This document shows, one piece after another, positions 13,165-26,629 of a stretch of 64,000 bases of DNA. The stretch is from assembly GCA_024679065.1 (NCBI GenBank), contig JAGIQG010000002.1, positions 121,024,001 through 121,088,000 of the forward strand. Direction: 5' to 3'. The translations under genes and the position numbers were made by a program. The notes under the pieces were generated by a model that made no database searches, was not told the origin of the DNA, and saw only the letters and a program-made list of their open reading frames with translations. The stretch comes from Sphyrna mokarran (Eukaryota). The stretch's first letter is position 1. The number at the start of each line of letters is the position of its first letter.

Positions 13165-13629
13165 AAAGTTACTGGAGGGGTGGGGTCATTCCGATCCTGA
13201 ACTGCATCAACGTAATATCATGGGATCCACCTCCAGGATCAAAAAATCAGATGGGAAAAGTCATCAGTGGAGCCAATGAGTTATACACCCTTCTTCTCGC
13301 CTGAGTTGACAATTGGTCAAAAATGATGAAGTTCCACCCCAAGGCTCACTCGTTTAAAAAGGGATGCTGAACCGGACATAGAAAACACCCATAGAAGATA
13401 CAATACTCCTTGTGACTTCTAGTCCAGGTCTCATAAAGGTGGAGTCTGGAGATCAGTTCGGCATGTTCAGCATTGTTTCATTTTAAGCAAGGGACAGCAT
13501 ATTGAGAATGGCTGGGACAAGGGCACAGAGTCAGAAAGCTGCTGGAGAGAAAATAGAAGGTTTGGAGGGCTTAGGAGGTTGATGAAAAGAGAGAATGGAA
13601 GCTTTTCAGCTGATATTGCCATAGGTTCA

Positions 13630-14270
13630 TAGGCGTTACGGTAGCACAGTAGTCAGCACTGCTGCCTCACAATGCCAGGGATCATAGAAATGTGGATTGT
13701 AGAATCCCTAAGTACAGAAAGAGACCATTTGGCCCACTGAGTCTATACTGACCATAATACCACCCAGGGTCTACCCCCATATCCCTACATATTTTACCCA
13801 CTAATCCCTCCATCCTATGCATCTCAGGACACCAAAGAGCAATTTTAGATGGCCAATCAACCTAACCCGCACATCTTTGGGAGGAAACTGGAGCACCTGG
13901 AAGAAACCCACACAGGCATGAGGAGAATGTGCAAACTCCAAACAGTGACCCAAGCTGGGAATCAAACCCAGGCCCCTGAAGCTGTGAAGTAGCAGCACTA
14001 ACCACTGTGCTATTGTGCTGCCCATGGTCTGGGTTCGATTCCAGCCTTGGGTCACTGTCAGTGTGGAGTTTGCACATTCTGCCCATGTGTGCGTGTGTTT
14101 CCTCCGTGTGATCTGGTTTCCTCTTACAGTCCAAAGGTATGCAGGTTACAGGGGTTAGTGGGATTATAGGGATGGGGTGGCCTGGGGTAAGATGGTCTAT
14201 CAGAGAGTTGGTGCAGACTTGATGAGCTGAATGACCTCCTTCAGCACTGCAGGATTCTATGATTCTATGA
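13630..14270. mobile_element. HE1/V-SINE (+) with a second HE1/V-SINE (-) nested in its tRNA head
   Basis: Host head 13630-13681 (GGTAGCACAGTAGTCAGCACTGCTGCCTCACAATGCCAGGG) resumes at ~14024 (GGGTTCGATTCCAGCC). A full antisense copy occupies ~13690-14023. Confidence 0.85.
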
Positions 14271-14299
14271 AAATTGGGAATAGAATAGATAAGTGTTTC

Positions 14300-14960
14300 T
14301 TCTTATTCTTTTGTGGGATGTGGATGTCACTGACAAGACCGACGTTTGTTGTCAATCCTAATTGCCGTTGAACTGAATTTTTCATTTTCAGAGGGCATTT
14401 AAGAGTCAATCACATTACTGTAGGTCTAGAGTCAGATGTAGCAAAATAGAGAAGGACGCCACTTGGCCCATCAAATATCCAAAAGAGCATGCCACCCAGG
14501 CCTACCCTACCCTACTCCCATAACCCCAAGCATTTACAAGAGTTAACCTGCACATCTTTAGACACTAAGGGGAAATTTAGCTTGGCTAAGCCACCATAGA
14601 GGCACATCTTTAGGCTGCGGGAGGAAACTGGAGCACCTGTAGGAAATCCACGCAGACATAGAAAGAATGTGCAAACTCCACATAGTCAATTACCCAAGGC
14701 CAAAATCAAACCAGGGCAACTTGTACTATGAAGCAGCAGTGCTAACCACTGTGCCACCATGCTGCCCTAGACATTAAGATTTCCTTCTCTAAAGGACATT
14801 AGTGAACCAAATGGCTTTTACAACAATCGATAATGGTTTCATGACCGTCATTAGACTTTTCTTTCCAAATTTTTGTTGAATTCAAATTCCACCACCTGCC
14901 TGGTGAGATTTGAACCTGGATCCCCAAAGTATTATCCTGGGCCTACTACTAGTTCAGTGA
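14300..14960 (-). mobile_element. tRNA-derived SINE interrupted by an HE1/V-SINE (~14445-14768, -)
   Basis: Host body AGAGTCAATCACATTACTGTAGGTCTAGAGTC continues after the insert with AGATTTCCTTCTCTAAAGGACATTAGTGAACC. Confidence 0.75.
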
Positions 14961-15559
14961 CAATTCTGATGGCTGGCACAGACAAAATGGGCCGAAGTGC
15001 CTCCTGCTGTGCTGTAAAACTCTATGACTATGACTCTAGTCAGAGACAAACTGCAAAGAATAGAAAGAGAAAGAGAATCTGAAGAGAGTGGAAGAAAACC
15101 AGCACACAGATATGACAGGCATGAGGTAATTTAATACATTTTATATCTTGCTGTGAGTTATTACATTGAAGATCCACTACCATATTAAACTCTTGCGAAT
15201 GGCTTATGCTATCCCACACTTTCTGCAAATGTGTCACTACTATTTATCTGACCCACATTTGATTGGATCATTTTTCCCACATAATTCAGTGCCAATCTTG
15301 GCTCAAGACCTGAAACAGACTACAGACATTTAAAAATTATAACCATAATTTATTTAAGACCTTTAATGTAGAAAAATGCTGGAGCATGGGTTCTATATGT
15401 GATTCAAAGTGTAGTCACCAAAGGCAGAACAAAAGCACAAAAAGCTGGAGTCAGAGAAAGAGAGACTGGCTAGTATTGGAGTAGAGTCGGGGACTTGATG
15501 GATATAAATATAGGGGTGATAAGTAAGTATAACTAAGGAATGTTTAACTTTAAAGTTCA

Positions 15560-15720
15560 AAAGTTTAAAATTTATTTATTAGTGTCGCAAGTAATTTACA
15601 TTCACACTGCAATTAAGCTATTGTGAAAATCCCCTAGTTGCCACATTCCAGCACATGTTTGGGTACATTGAGGGACAATTTAGCATGGCCAATGCATTTA
15701 ACCATCATGTCTTTAGACAA
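15560..15720 (-). mobile_element. 3' part of V-SINE with alternative (non-HER1) tail
   Basis: TTTATTTATTAGTGTCGCAAG...GTGAAAATCCCCTAGTTGCCAC; reverse of the tail at 42830-42918. Confidence 0.8.
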
Positions 15721-16199
15721 TGATTTGCACTTTCAGTTCTTTCTCACGTGTGCTGTTTGGTTCAGTTCCACCTCTCCAAGAATGTAGAGGTTTTCACAAA
15801 AATAAATAAAGTCTAATCTGTAACTGATCTAATGATTATTTCCAGAATTGACAAAACAAAAATATCATTGTGCTTTGATGGGACACACATTCTAGTTGAC
15901 ATTGTAAAATGTTCTATCTGACAAAATGGTAGTCACTGGGTTATTGTTAGTAGAGTGTATTGTACATTATATTTTACTAATAATCTAAAAAGATTGGAAG
16001 GTTCAGATTTACATTGAGAATTGTGATATTAAATAAAATGAAGTGAGTTTAATCCTGTCAGAAAGTAGCCTAAAATATATTGTACAGCATAGAAATAATT
16101 TCAAAAAACTATTTTAATAACACTGACCGATGAATTTGTCTAAAAAAAGACTGATATTTTCCCTGGACTGTTTCCTGTACTTCAGCTGAATGGAAGACG

Positions 16200-16760
16200 T
16201 ACTTTGGTAGCAGGTTTTTTTTAAAGCTGTGTTTGATTTATTTTCAATTTTGAAAACAGCCAAGTTTAATCCCATGAGTTAATCTCTAGTTAAGTGACGG
16301 GACAGGAGCAAGTCAACATCTCAATTTATTACACGTGTTATACCAAAGGGCATTTGGATTGCAATCTGTTCTACAGAAATGAAAAATGACACTATTGGTC
16401 TGTACTGGACTGACAGGCCCCTTCTTCTGAGACTGCTTAACATTTCTGGTGCATGTCTTGCTTGGAAAGCAAAGCAAAATTGGGTTCTTTGCTCAATTTA
16501 GAATTTTCCAGAGTCGAGCAAGCTAAGGGAGATGAATGCAGCATATCATTTTCAAATATATTTCTAATTTGATTTGAAAGCTCCTATTAAATCTGTTTCC
16601 GTCATCTTTGCAGGCAATGCATTCTCATCGCTGTGATGATCACCTGTAGGTGCTGACTCATGCCGATAACTGTTCCAAAAATACTGGGGGCCTCTAGTAC
16701 TTCATACAAGAGGGTCATTCTTTGTTTGCAAGCCTGTGCTGCGAGTGTTGACAAACTGTT
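16200..16760. promoter_or_regulatory. Candidate CNE/enhancer
   Basis: Unique sequence with TGATTTAT, TAATCC, TGACAG and CACGTG motifs. Conservation untested. Confidence 0.35.
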
Positions 16761-17329
16761 TCAAGAGGTGGGGGAGTGGTTGTTGGGAGTGGTGGGGGGG
16801 CAGTAGGCAGAGATTAGAGATGCTTTAGACCTCAACCTTATTCTGTTTTCATTTTCCAGCAAGTCACTGGATAGGGAAATATTAATCCTTGCTGATTTGC
16901 CCACTCCAGTCTCACACCTGACTTCCTGGCCTGAATTGAATCAAAACACCCTACTGATGTTCCAAATGAAGGTAGCGAAGACACCCTAGTTTAAATGGCT
17001 CAGTATGTATGTTGAATATATATTTGCTTTGTATGAAAAATAGCTCACTACAAAAGTATAACTTCTCCTTCATACACTTGCAAATATAAAATAATGGGGC
17101 CTGCAAGGAACATTGAAAAGACATATCTAAGGTGCGTGCAAGACACTTTACTTGTTATGAACAAGTAAACTTGTGAGTCAATCCTGTTCACTTAACTCTG
17201 AATGTCATCGTAATACAACAAAACTCAACGTGAAAAGGTAGGTTATTCTCATACAGAAAAGAGAAAACGTAGTAATAAGGAAGTGTCTGAAATAGTACAT
17301 CTATGTGCTGAAATGTTGGGAAATACTTT

Positions 17330-17464
17330 GGGTGCGATTTTACTGTTCATTCGCACACACTCCCGCTGCAGCAAAAATGGAAAATTTGGTGACAAGCCAA
17401 ATCTCTGTTCACTGCAGCGGGATGAGAATATCCTGTTGGTGCGACCTGTCAGAAAATTCTGGCC
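17330..17464. mobile_element. Harbinger-like MITE
   Basis: Imperfect TIRs GGGTGCGATTTT / AAAATTCTGGCC with TTT on both sides (3-bp TSD). Confidence 0.65.
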
Positions 17465-17957
17465 TTTGTGTTTTCTTTCAATGATGTGTACAACATAAAT
17501 ATGGGTTCAAGTGAGTTCTCTGAGAAGGAGTGAAATAGTTAAGGGACACACATGTTTTCATTATCATTCTGCATATTCAAAAAAGCCTTTATAAATCAAT
17601 GTATTAAAAGTTTTGGCAAAGCTATTACATTCAGCACTTTTATGCAAAATTTATCAGAGCACAGAATGGCTGGTACTGTCAGAGGTCCTGATTTGCATCT
17701 GTGATGTTGAATCCAGGACTTGTCTGCTCCTTGCAGTGCATGTAAAAGTTCCCAGGGCACCTTGTGAAGATCAACTGAATTCTCACGGGTGCTTAGGCAA
17801 TATTCATTTTTCACCAAACATGACTAACTTGTCATTGTCACCTTGTGGTTTGCTGAATCTAGCTGTGCAGAAGCTGGGGGGAAGCAACTGGAATGGGAGG
17901 AAGGGAGCGAGGGAATTCAGCAGAAGGCGGTCGATTCTCCTGTACTGCATGAGGCTA

Positions 17958-18890
17958 TGGGCATGATCTTAGCAGCTCACCATGCCAATTGTGCTGAGCT
18001 AATAAGATAGGGCAAGAGGTGAAAAATTGTTTGCCCCTCACAATCTTACCTGCCCTGCTTTCCTGGTGAAATCAGCCTCACACCCTTCAATACTGATGAC
18101 ATGACTTACATGTCATTAATGAATCCCATATCTATCATCCAGGTTCACTTACCTTAACCCCCCTCAACAGTCAATGTCTTCACCAGTGAGAATCACAGAT
18201 GGTCCCCATTCATAGGGACCAGACATGAAAGTCTCTTGGTGGAACTGGAGGCCATTGAAGCCTCCTGGTGGCTTGGGGAAGGGCCAGTCAGTGACCATGA
18301 ACAGTGTAAGCCTGACAGTGCCTGCCTGGCACCCTGGCACTGTCTTCCTGGCACCCTGGCAATGCCTCAGAGAGTGGGGCAGAGCGTGATGAGGTGGAAT
18401 ATGACAGGGTTGGCAGGTGGGAGCTCCGTAGTGGGCAAGAGAAAGTCGGGTTTGATGATGGGGCAATGATCAGACGTCTAATTGGTGGGAGTGGCGATTG
18501 GTAGGGAGTTGATCGGTGGGGGTCACGATCAGGGGTGTTGTTGATCAGTGGGGTTGATGATCAGTGGGGGTGGTGGGATGATGTTTGGGGTGGTGATTGG
18601 GGAACATGGGGGGTGATGTCTGTCAGAAGGCTGTGAAGGAGTGACAGAAGTGTACACTGAGGGTGGCTTCTATTCAGGGTAACAATATCTGCCCTGGCTG
18701 TTCTGGACAAATTGTGCTGATCTTTGGGCACATGAGCAGTATATCCGACTAAGCAGTAGGATCTGGAGTGTAGGATTGGCTTCCTTTTCTTTCCTTCTTT
18801 GCCACCATCCTGCCTCATCGTCAAGGTGTTTTGCACTCGAAGCATGATGCAGCTTGATGGGCAAGCAAAAATCAGGTAAATCAGCTTGTC
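17958..18890. mobile_element. Larger non-autonomous Harbinger-like element remnant with internal G-rich repeats
   Basis: GGGCATGATCTTA-type end and GATCGGTGGGG-like internal repeats at 18460-18620, comparable to 34472-35531. Far end uncertain. Confidence 0.4.
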
Positions 18891-18989
18891 CAATCATGTG
18901 AACAGCCAGGCAGAGTATAGGCAGTCCTTGAATTGCAGGACAAGCGATGACAAAAATGGTTGCAAGGCACTTGGCAACATCTTGAGGTT

Positions 18990-19120
18990 GGGCTGCAAAA
19001 TGGCACAGTGGGTCATGGAGATGGAATGGGTCTGGGTGAGATGCTCTTTCAGAAACTTGTTGCAGACTAAAGTAGCCTGTAACTGTTGGGATTCTATGCC
19101 TCTGTTATATGATTCTAGAG
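18990..19120 (+). mobile_element. Internally deleted HE1 SINE
   Basis: Head GGGCTGCAAAATGGCACAGTGG joined directly to the tail GGGTGAGATGCTCTTTCAG...GGATTCTATG. Confidence 0.55.
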
Positions 19121-20064
19121 TGTGCAAAGTGCTATTTTAATGCAAGCCTTTTGTTCCTTAATGTTATTCATAAATACAATTCTCCCTAAATTAGATGGTC
19201 ACATTCTCCCTTACAATGCCAATTTGCACTGAAATAATTTTCAGGTGTATGTACGAAGCTTGGTAGTCTGACCTGATTGTACTCAAGCTGAATAAGACTG
19301 ACAATTGGCCGTCCTTTCATAAGCTGCTGTGCATGCCAGTAAAGGGTAGGGATTTGCCAAATCTCCCAATGACGACTTTCTCTTTTTGGATTTTTGCATA
19401 GAATAAAAATCTTGCCATGCTTGTTTACATTTATTCATCTGAATTTCTGTACTACAACTACTTAGTACCTTAATGACATTTTGTTTTTAATAACTGTCCC
19501 TCTCTGCATTATTATCCAGTTAACAAAATCTTGCCCAGGCCACAGTGCTGATATGATTGTTTGAAAAGAGACCACTCCATTATTCAGTGGACTATGAACA
19601 AAATATTTGAATAAGTATCTTGTAATACTGGTAAATTATTAATTGAAACAGATGTCCACAGCTGTCATGTATTATATTACAGATAAGATAAGCACAGTAC
19701 ACCTGCTATGTGTAAATAAATCAGGCTATCTATTCCACAACACTTGAAGTCATACTTTTGAGTAAAGGTGTTACATTTTTAACGAACTAAGATTAATCTT
19801 GAAAAACTTTAATGTGGGCATTCTATGTAAAGTATTTGTTATGCTCGCATCTGGTTCAAAGTCAGCAGCAGCTGAACACACAAAGCGTATGACTATATGT
19901 AATTAGCCTTGCTTTTTATAGCATAATAAAGAGTTAGTTTTTAAAACACTTTTCCTGCAGGCATTGTTTATTGGATACTAACTTTTATGCTTGCCCGTTT
20001 TGAAGGCTGCACTGTGATTAAGATTAGAATTTAGATGGTGTTTTATCAATTAGGTTGAAACTAT

Positions 20065-20172
20065 GGCCGGAATTTTACTGCTCTGCCCACCATGGGAATT
20101 GGAGCAGGTGAGGGACAGACCTCGGGTGGGATTTTACAGTTTTGGGATGAGCATGGCTGGAAACTTCTGCCC
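20065..20172. mobile_element. Harbinger-like MITE
   Basis: Ends GGCCGGAATTTT / AAACTTCTGCCC flanked by TAT on both sides. Confidence 0.6.
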
Positions 20173-21009
20173 TATGAGTGGTTGGACTGGTTTTATAATC
20201 TGGCTTTTCTTCTTATTTCTTCATAGAACTTCAAAACATTTTAGAAGACAATGTATGCGTGTGTGCACACAAATATGGAAGTGTGTTGCTGGATAGTTGA
20301 TTCAGTTTGATTTCTCATTTGCTTAGACATTATGGAAAGCAATAAATAGATAATAGGCTTTGAATACATAGCTGATGTCTTCAAACCATAATAACCCTCC
20401 TCCCAATTGTTAATGATTGCTTATCCCACAAAACTTGTGATTGGTTGTTTGTGTGATTAGACAGCCAAAAACACATTTTAAACCCTCGTTTAAATATTGC
20501 TGCCATTTCTCAATAATTCTTCCTTCCATTTGGAGGCTGGATCAGCCAGTGCATTGATGTCTGTGCAATCAATTCAACTCTGCTTTGTACCAGCAGATAT
20601 AAGTTTCTATGAAGTAAATCCTTAATTTATAAAAAGCCTTAGTGAGTCCCTGCAATGTATTTTGTAGATGGCACACACTGCTGGTGGGGTTGTGACCTTT
20701 AGCTTTGGGAACTCCTGGATTAGGCAATCAATTTATCACTTATTTTGAGTAAATACAAAAGAAAAAGCCCAGGGAAATATAGATAAAAGGGCTGTAGAAA
20801 AGATAAATGCCATGGCCCATGTAATGGATATCAATGATATATACATTCTTTCAAATATTGCATGTCAGGTGGAGAAATTCTCCTTCTGAAAAGGCCTAGT
20901 TCAGTTTAAAGACAATTAGGGATGGGCAATAAATGCTGACCAAGCCACTGATACCTACATCCCAAGTAGTAATTTAAAAAAAGAAAAAAAATCACTCCAT
21001 GCATAATGT

Positions 21010-21310
21010 ACCATAGAATAGAATTATAGATTCACTTCAATGCAGAAAGAGGCTATTTGGCCTACACCAACAACAATCTCCCCGTGGCCTTATCTCTGAA
21101 TGCCATGTATTTACCCTGCTAATCTCTCTGACACTAAGGGGCAATTTTGCATGCCCAGCCCACCTAATCTGCACAAATTTGGACTGTGGGAGGAAACTGG
21201 AACATCTGGAGGAAACCCATGCAGATATGGGGAGAATGTGCAAACAGTGATCCAAAGCCAGAATTGAACTTGGGTCCCTGGCGTTGTGAGGCAGCAGTGC
21301 TAATCACTTG
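21010..21310 (-). mobile_element. HE1/V-SINE
   Basis: GGACTGTGGGAGGAAACTGG...GGGTCCCTGGCGTTGTGAGGCAGCAGTGCTAA. Confidence 0.85.
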
Positions 21311-21519
21311 GATTTGAGTAAATCAGAAAATATTGATGTTATTGTGGCTACAATATGAGAATCAGATACAGAACAATCTAGCAGTGATTTGTAATACTAA
21401 AACTGGTTCAGAGGGTGACACAGTATCTCATAGCAGTTTACAAGTATTTTTTAAGCCCTAAGATTCAGTCATAGACTTGAATTTATTATTGATCTTTCCT
21501 CGTAAAGGTCGGAAGTGGG

Positions 21520-22300
21520 GATATTCACTGATGATTAGACAATGTAAACACCATTCACAACTTCTCAGCTTTGTAAGACCACGTGCAGTAAGACCTGGAC
21601 AACATGCACATAAATAGCAAATAACATTCACACCACATAAATGCCAAGCAATGATCATCTGTGCAAGAGAGAACGCAACCATCTCCCCCTGATTCTCAAT
21701 GGCATTTCCGTCACTGAACTCCCCCAGTTAACATCCTAGGGACATTCATTGATCAGAAACTGAACTGGACCAGCCATACAAACAGTGTGGTTACAATTAA
21801 GAGCAGATCAGAAGCTGGGAATTCTGCAGTGAGTAACTCACTTTCTGATTATCCAAAGCCTGTCCACCATCTGCAAGGCACAAATCAGGAGGGTAATGAA
21901 GCACTCTTTATTTACTTCAATTGAGAGTTCAACAACTCTCAGGAAGTTCGGCACACTCCATGACAAAGCAGCCTGCTTGATTGGTACCCATCTGCAATCT
22001 TCAACATTTACTCCCTTCATCACCAATGCATAGTGGTAGTACTGTCATTAACAAGATGCACTGTAGCAACTTGCTAAGGCTCTTTCCACAGCAGATGCAT
22101 AAGAATACTACCTGCAAATTCTCCACAATACAGATGTGGAACTCTATCACCATTCCTTCACTGTCACTGAGTCAAAGTCCTGGAACTTCCTTCCTAACAG
22201 CACAATGAACTGCAGCGTTTCAAGAAAGAAGCTCACCACCATCTTCTTAAATACAATTAGGAATGGGCAATCAATCCAGGAATGTACATAGCCCATAACA
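21520..22300 (+). mobile_element. CR1-clade LINE 3' fragment (second family)
   Basis: Decayed RT C-terminal coding sequence ending CACCACCATCTTCTTAAATACAATTAGGAATGGGCAA. Confidence 0.75.
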
Positions 22301-23014
22301 GAATTTTTAAAATACTTCCTTCTGTACTCTTGTCCCCTGCTGTATCAACCCTCACCATATACAAGTCTTCTTCCTGCAATTTCACAACTCATACTTCCTC
22401 TCAACTTCCCATTTCACCAACTGCTCCCAAAATTTCCCGATATCACAACTGGTCCTCATTACTGTTTTAGTGAATACCACTGATAGAAAAAATGATACTT
22501 AGTCAATTTCCACACAAATTTAACTTTGAGGGTTGAATGTTATGCTCCCCCATCAGTTTTCAGGTGTGGAGGGCTTATAAAATTCCCCAGATGTCTTCCT
22601 ACACACCCCAACCTATCTGTAATCTTATGAAGAGATGGGTGAGATCTTGGCCAGCCTTTTTGTCTTTTTCCCAGTTGATGCTTTTAACTAGGCAAGTAAT
22701 GATATGTAAAGGCTGACTTCCACCTGGCCTCAATTTTCAGGCTTGCAGGAGCAGATCAGCAGCAGGGTATAATCCCTGCAGCAAGGTCGAGGTATCTCTT
22801 TGCATACCAAGAACTTCCTCCCTGCCACCCACATGTGCACCTTACCCTACATGGCTTCTCTAAAAAGACTCCCATCACCTTCACTTTGCTGCCTCTTAGT
22901 CTCAGCTCCACTCCACCAGCACTTAAGTGATCCTGGACTCAGCACTTAGAATCTGAGATTGCTTCTGATGCCAGTCCTGGCCACTGCATATCTGGCACTG
23001 AACATTTTTCTTAT

Positions 23015-23630
23015 CCATTTTGCCACTGAAGTGGATAGAGTAATGAAGAAGACCTATAGTGTGTTAGCATTTATTAACTGGGGGTTAGAGTTGAAGAGTC
23101 ATGGTGTTATGCTGCAACTGTACGGGACCTTGGTGAGACTGCATTTGGAAAACTGTGTGCAGTTCTGGTCATCTCACTCTGAGAAGCATGTGGAAGCATT
23201 GGAGAGAGTGCAGAGGAGGTTTTCCAGGATGGTTTCTGGTTTGGATGGTAGGTCTTATGAGGAAAGGTTAAGGCACTAGGGCTTTTCTCTTTAGAGTGGA
23301 TGAGGATGAGAGGTGACTTAATAGAGGTTTATAAGATGATGAGGAGGATAGATAGTTTGGACTTTCAGCGCCTATTTCCTCAGGTGGATGTAGCTGTTAC
23401 AAGGGGTCATAACTATAAGTTTCATGGTGGGAGATATAGGAGGGGTGTCTGATGTAGATTTTTTACTCAGGGAGTGGTTGGGGTGTGGAATGGACTGCCT
23501 GCTGTGGTAATGGAGTCGCATACTTTAGGAACTTTCAAGTGGTTATTGATAGGCACATGGAGCATACGAGAATGATTGAGAGTGGGATAGCTTGATCTTG
23601 GTTTCGGACAAAGCTTGGCACAACATAGAA
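23015..23630 (+). mobile_element. CR1 LINE 3' fragment
   Basis: ORF 22959-23279 contains LQLYGTLVRLHLENCVQFWS...LERVQRRFSRM...YEERL. Confidence 0.9.
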
Positions 23631-23925
23631 GCTATTTGGCCTTTTGAGTCTGCACTGACTCTTTGATAGAGTATTTTACCCAAACTTTCTCCCTAAACCT
23701 ATCCCTGTAACCCTGCACAATTACCATGGCTAATCCAGCTAACCTACATATCTTGGGACATTAAGGGCCAATTTTACTATGGCCAATCCATCTCTGAAGT
23801 TGGAGAGGAATCCAATGCACCCAAAGTAACCCACGTGGATATGGGGAGAACATGCAAACTCCACACAATCACCAGAGGCCAGAATTGAACCCATGCCCCT
23901 GGCACTGTGAGGCAGTGATGCTGTT
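23630..23925 (-). mobile_element. HE1/V-SINE
   Basis: V-domain GGGGAGAACATGCAAACTCCACAC and head GGCACTGTGAGGCAG. Confidence 0.8.
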
Positions 23926-23929
23926 GAGT

Positions 23930-24200
23930 ATGGAAAGTGCTGCCTAATGTGAGTTCTTTTAGTGCATCTTGTAGATGGTATATTCTGCTTCCACTGTGCA
24001 TAGGTGGTGGAGGGAGTGAATGTTTGTAGATGGGGTGCCAATTAAGCAAATTGTATTATCCAGAAAGGTGTTGAGCTTCTTGAGAGTTGTTGACACTTTA
24101 CTCATCCAGGCAGGTGGAGGTATTCTGTTACACCCCTAACATGTACCTTGTGGATGGTGGACAGGACTTAGCAAGTCATCAGGTTACTCACCGTTTCAGA
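23930..24200 (-). mobile_element. CR1-clade LINE fragment (second family)
   Basis: Antiparallel to 21850-22070. Confidence 0.65.
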
Positions 24201-25089
24201 TTGGCAGACAGCACTTGGATATGGGACTTCCTCAAGAATGAGGGTTGGAAATTCCATCTCCAGTCAATTAATGCTCCTTGGGGTGTTAAATGGCTGCAGT
24301 ATCCATGTGTTCCCTGTGGAAGGGCAGGAAACCCTATCCTCTGAAAATCACTGCCCTGAATTAACTGGTTAGTAGTTATGTCTCACTGCCTTTTAATAAA
24401 CAACTCACTCGGTCACTGATCATTGTAAGGTGAGAAAGTGAACCTCTCTTTATAGATGAATCAAAAAATATCCTTAAATAGGCTGCCAAAAGCTCAGTGA
24501 TCTTTAGATCTTTATGTAAATGAGTAGGAATAGGTAATAAAGAAATGGTGTAATATCCATTCATGGAGTGTTCACAGAAGCTTTTCATTGCACGCAAATT
24601 CTTTCAGAATAATTGTTTTGGCTTTTTTTTAATGTCCTGTTTGTCCTACTGCAAAAGCCCACCGTGTTCTGGCTAGCAAAGTTGATTTGTGCAGCAACAA
24701 AAAATCCAGTGCTATACTTTGGCTGCTTTTATAGTTTTTTTTCCTTGGGGAGATGTTGATTAAGAATCACAGAGGTAGTGATCCTCTAGACGCAGGTAAC
24801 CTTCACAAAAATGACATGCTTTCACTTCAAGATCTCAGCTTGGCTGTGGGAACTTGTCATAATTTGGAAAAGATGAGAAATTAGTAAATTTGATTTGATT
24901 TATTATTGTCACATGTATTGGGATACAGTAAAAAGTATAAATATTGGTATTCAGAGGAATTTGGCTATCCTGTACATGAATTACAGTATTTGGCATGTAG
25001 GTGCAATGGCAAGCTCTGAAAACAAGTGGCATGATAGCTTTTATTGCAAGTGGTTTGAAGTGTAAGAGTAGGGAAATCTTACTCACCAA

Positions 25090-25270
25090 CATCAGGCTGA
25101 CTAGCTATTCATTCAGTTGCTGCTTTAAGATCTTGCTGTACATAAATTGACTGCAGTGTTTGCTGACATAACAGTCATTTCAGATTAAGTAATCCATTAT
25201 GTAGTAAGTATCTAAGATGTTTCTGAGAGAACTGATAAGGTGCCATATAAATGCAAATTTTTTCTTTTTT
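25090..25270 (+). mobile_element. Deu-domain (SacSINE1/AmnSINE1-like) SINE 3' part
   Basis: GATCTTGCTGTACATAAATTGACTGC...AAGGTGCCATATAAATGCAA, as at 48130-48270. Confidence 0.6.
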
Positions 25271-25504
25271 TCTTCCTCTGTTAACGGACTTATTTTCATA
25301 TTCCTGACACATTTCAATTGAATAAGGCTTCATTGTACAGCAGATGTAATTATGGCTAGAATGGTTTTATTATTCTTATGAAAGTTCTACAATCCTTGAC
25401 TTTAAAGGTTAGTCACAAATAAGCTCTGCATAACATTAGGCAAAACTTTATCAAAAAAAAATCTTGCAATCATTCACAGTGAAATTTTACACAACATTTT
25501 GTTT

Positions 25505-25880
25505 TAGAATTATATTTACATAGTGTCTTTCAACTCCTCAGGACATCTCAAATCACCTTGGAACCAACTAATTATTTTTGAAGTAAATTAACTTGTTAGG
25601 AAAAGTTTGAAATATTATCCCACATACAGCAATTAGGATGAATAATCAGATAACCTCTTTTGATACTCATAGTTGAGAGATGAATGCTGGAAAAGACATT
25701 TGGAGAACTTGCTGCTCTTATTTGACAAATGCCACACAATTTTTTACATTCGTCTGAACAGGAAAGAGCAGCCTAATATGAAAAACTGCATGCTTGGCAA
25801 TGCAGCACATCTTCATTTCCTGCACTGGAGTGCCAAATTGGAGTGTGGCCTGAATGCAAAACTTTCTAACTCAGAGGCAT
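25505..25880 (-). mobile_element. Deu-domain SINE
   Basis: GCAATGCAGCACATCTTCATTTCCTGCACTGGAGTG and TTTACATAGTGTCTTTCAACTCCTCAGGACATCTCAAA. Confidence 0.6.
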
Positions 25881-26019
25881 TAAATTCTCCAATGAGGCAA
25901 GTATAACAAAGATTAAGATCTCTGCACTATTATTCCAAAATAGTGCTTGGATGAATGATACAGTTGGTTGGCCTCTCACCTTGCATCCCCTGTTGCCTTG
26001 AAAACTCTTGCCACTTCTT

Positions 26020-26435
26020 TTCCAGCTCTCCACTGCATTCACTGACTTATGTTGGCTTCAGGTCTGCCAAAGACTTGATTTTAATATTTTCATCCTTGTT
26101 TTCAAACCTCTCCATGGTCTTGCGGCTCTCTATCTTTGCAACCTCCAACAGGACAGCCTTACAACCCTTCTAAATATCTATGGCCCTCCGCTTCAGTCAC
26201 CTTACGTATTCTTGATTTTCTTCACTCCACAGTTGTGTCTGCAGCCTTCCTGGCCCTAAGATCTTGAATTCCTTCTATAAAACGCTCCTCAGATGCTCTG
26301 TAAAATCCACTTCAGTGACCAAGCTTTCACTCATGTGTAATTTTTCCTTTTGTGTCCCATCAGGTTATGTTTGATAAGCCTCTTGTGAAGTGACTTAATT
26401 ATGAGGTTAAAGGTGCTGTATAAATGGAAGCTGTT
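26020..26435 (+). mobile_element. L2 LINE 3' fragment
   Basis: Translates as LCWLQVCQRLDFNIFILVFKPLHGLAALYL (L2 LHWLP...KILLL..K.L.GLAP.YL motif). Tail TTAAAGGTGCTGTATAAATG. Confidence 0.75.
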
Positions 26436-26629
26436 GTGATTATGCCTGTGACAATGCAAACTATTTTATTGGTTAACTTATTAAATATTTTTAGAGCAGA
26501 TGATTTTTTGCTTTCCTGGAGTTGACAATAATGCCTCTTTAACAAATTAGTTTCAATAAATGTGTGTACTTATTCAAGAATATGAATACAGCATACCAAT
26601 TATTGTCTCTAGCATTATTCCTGATGATA

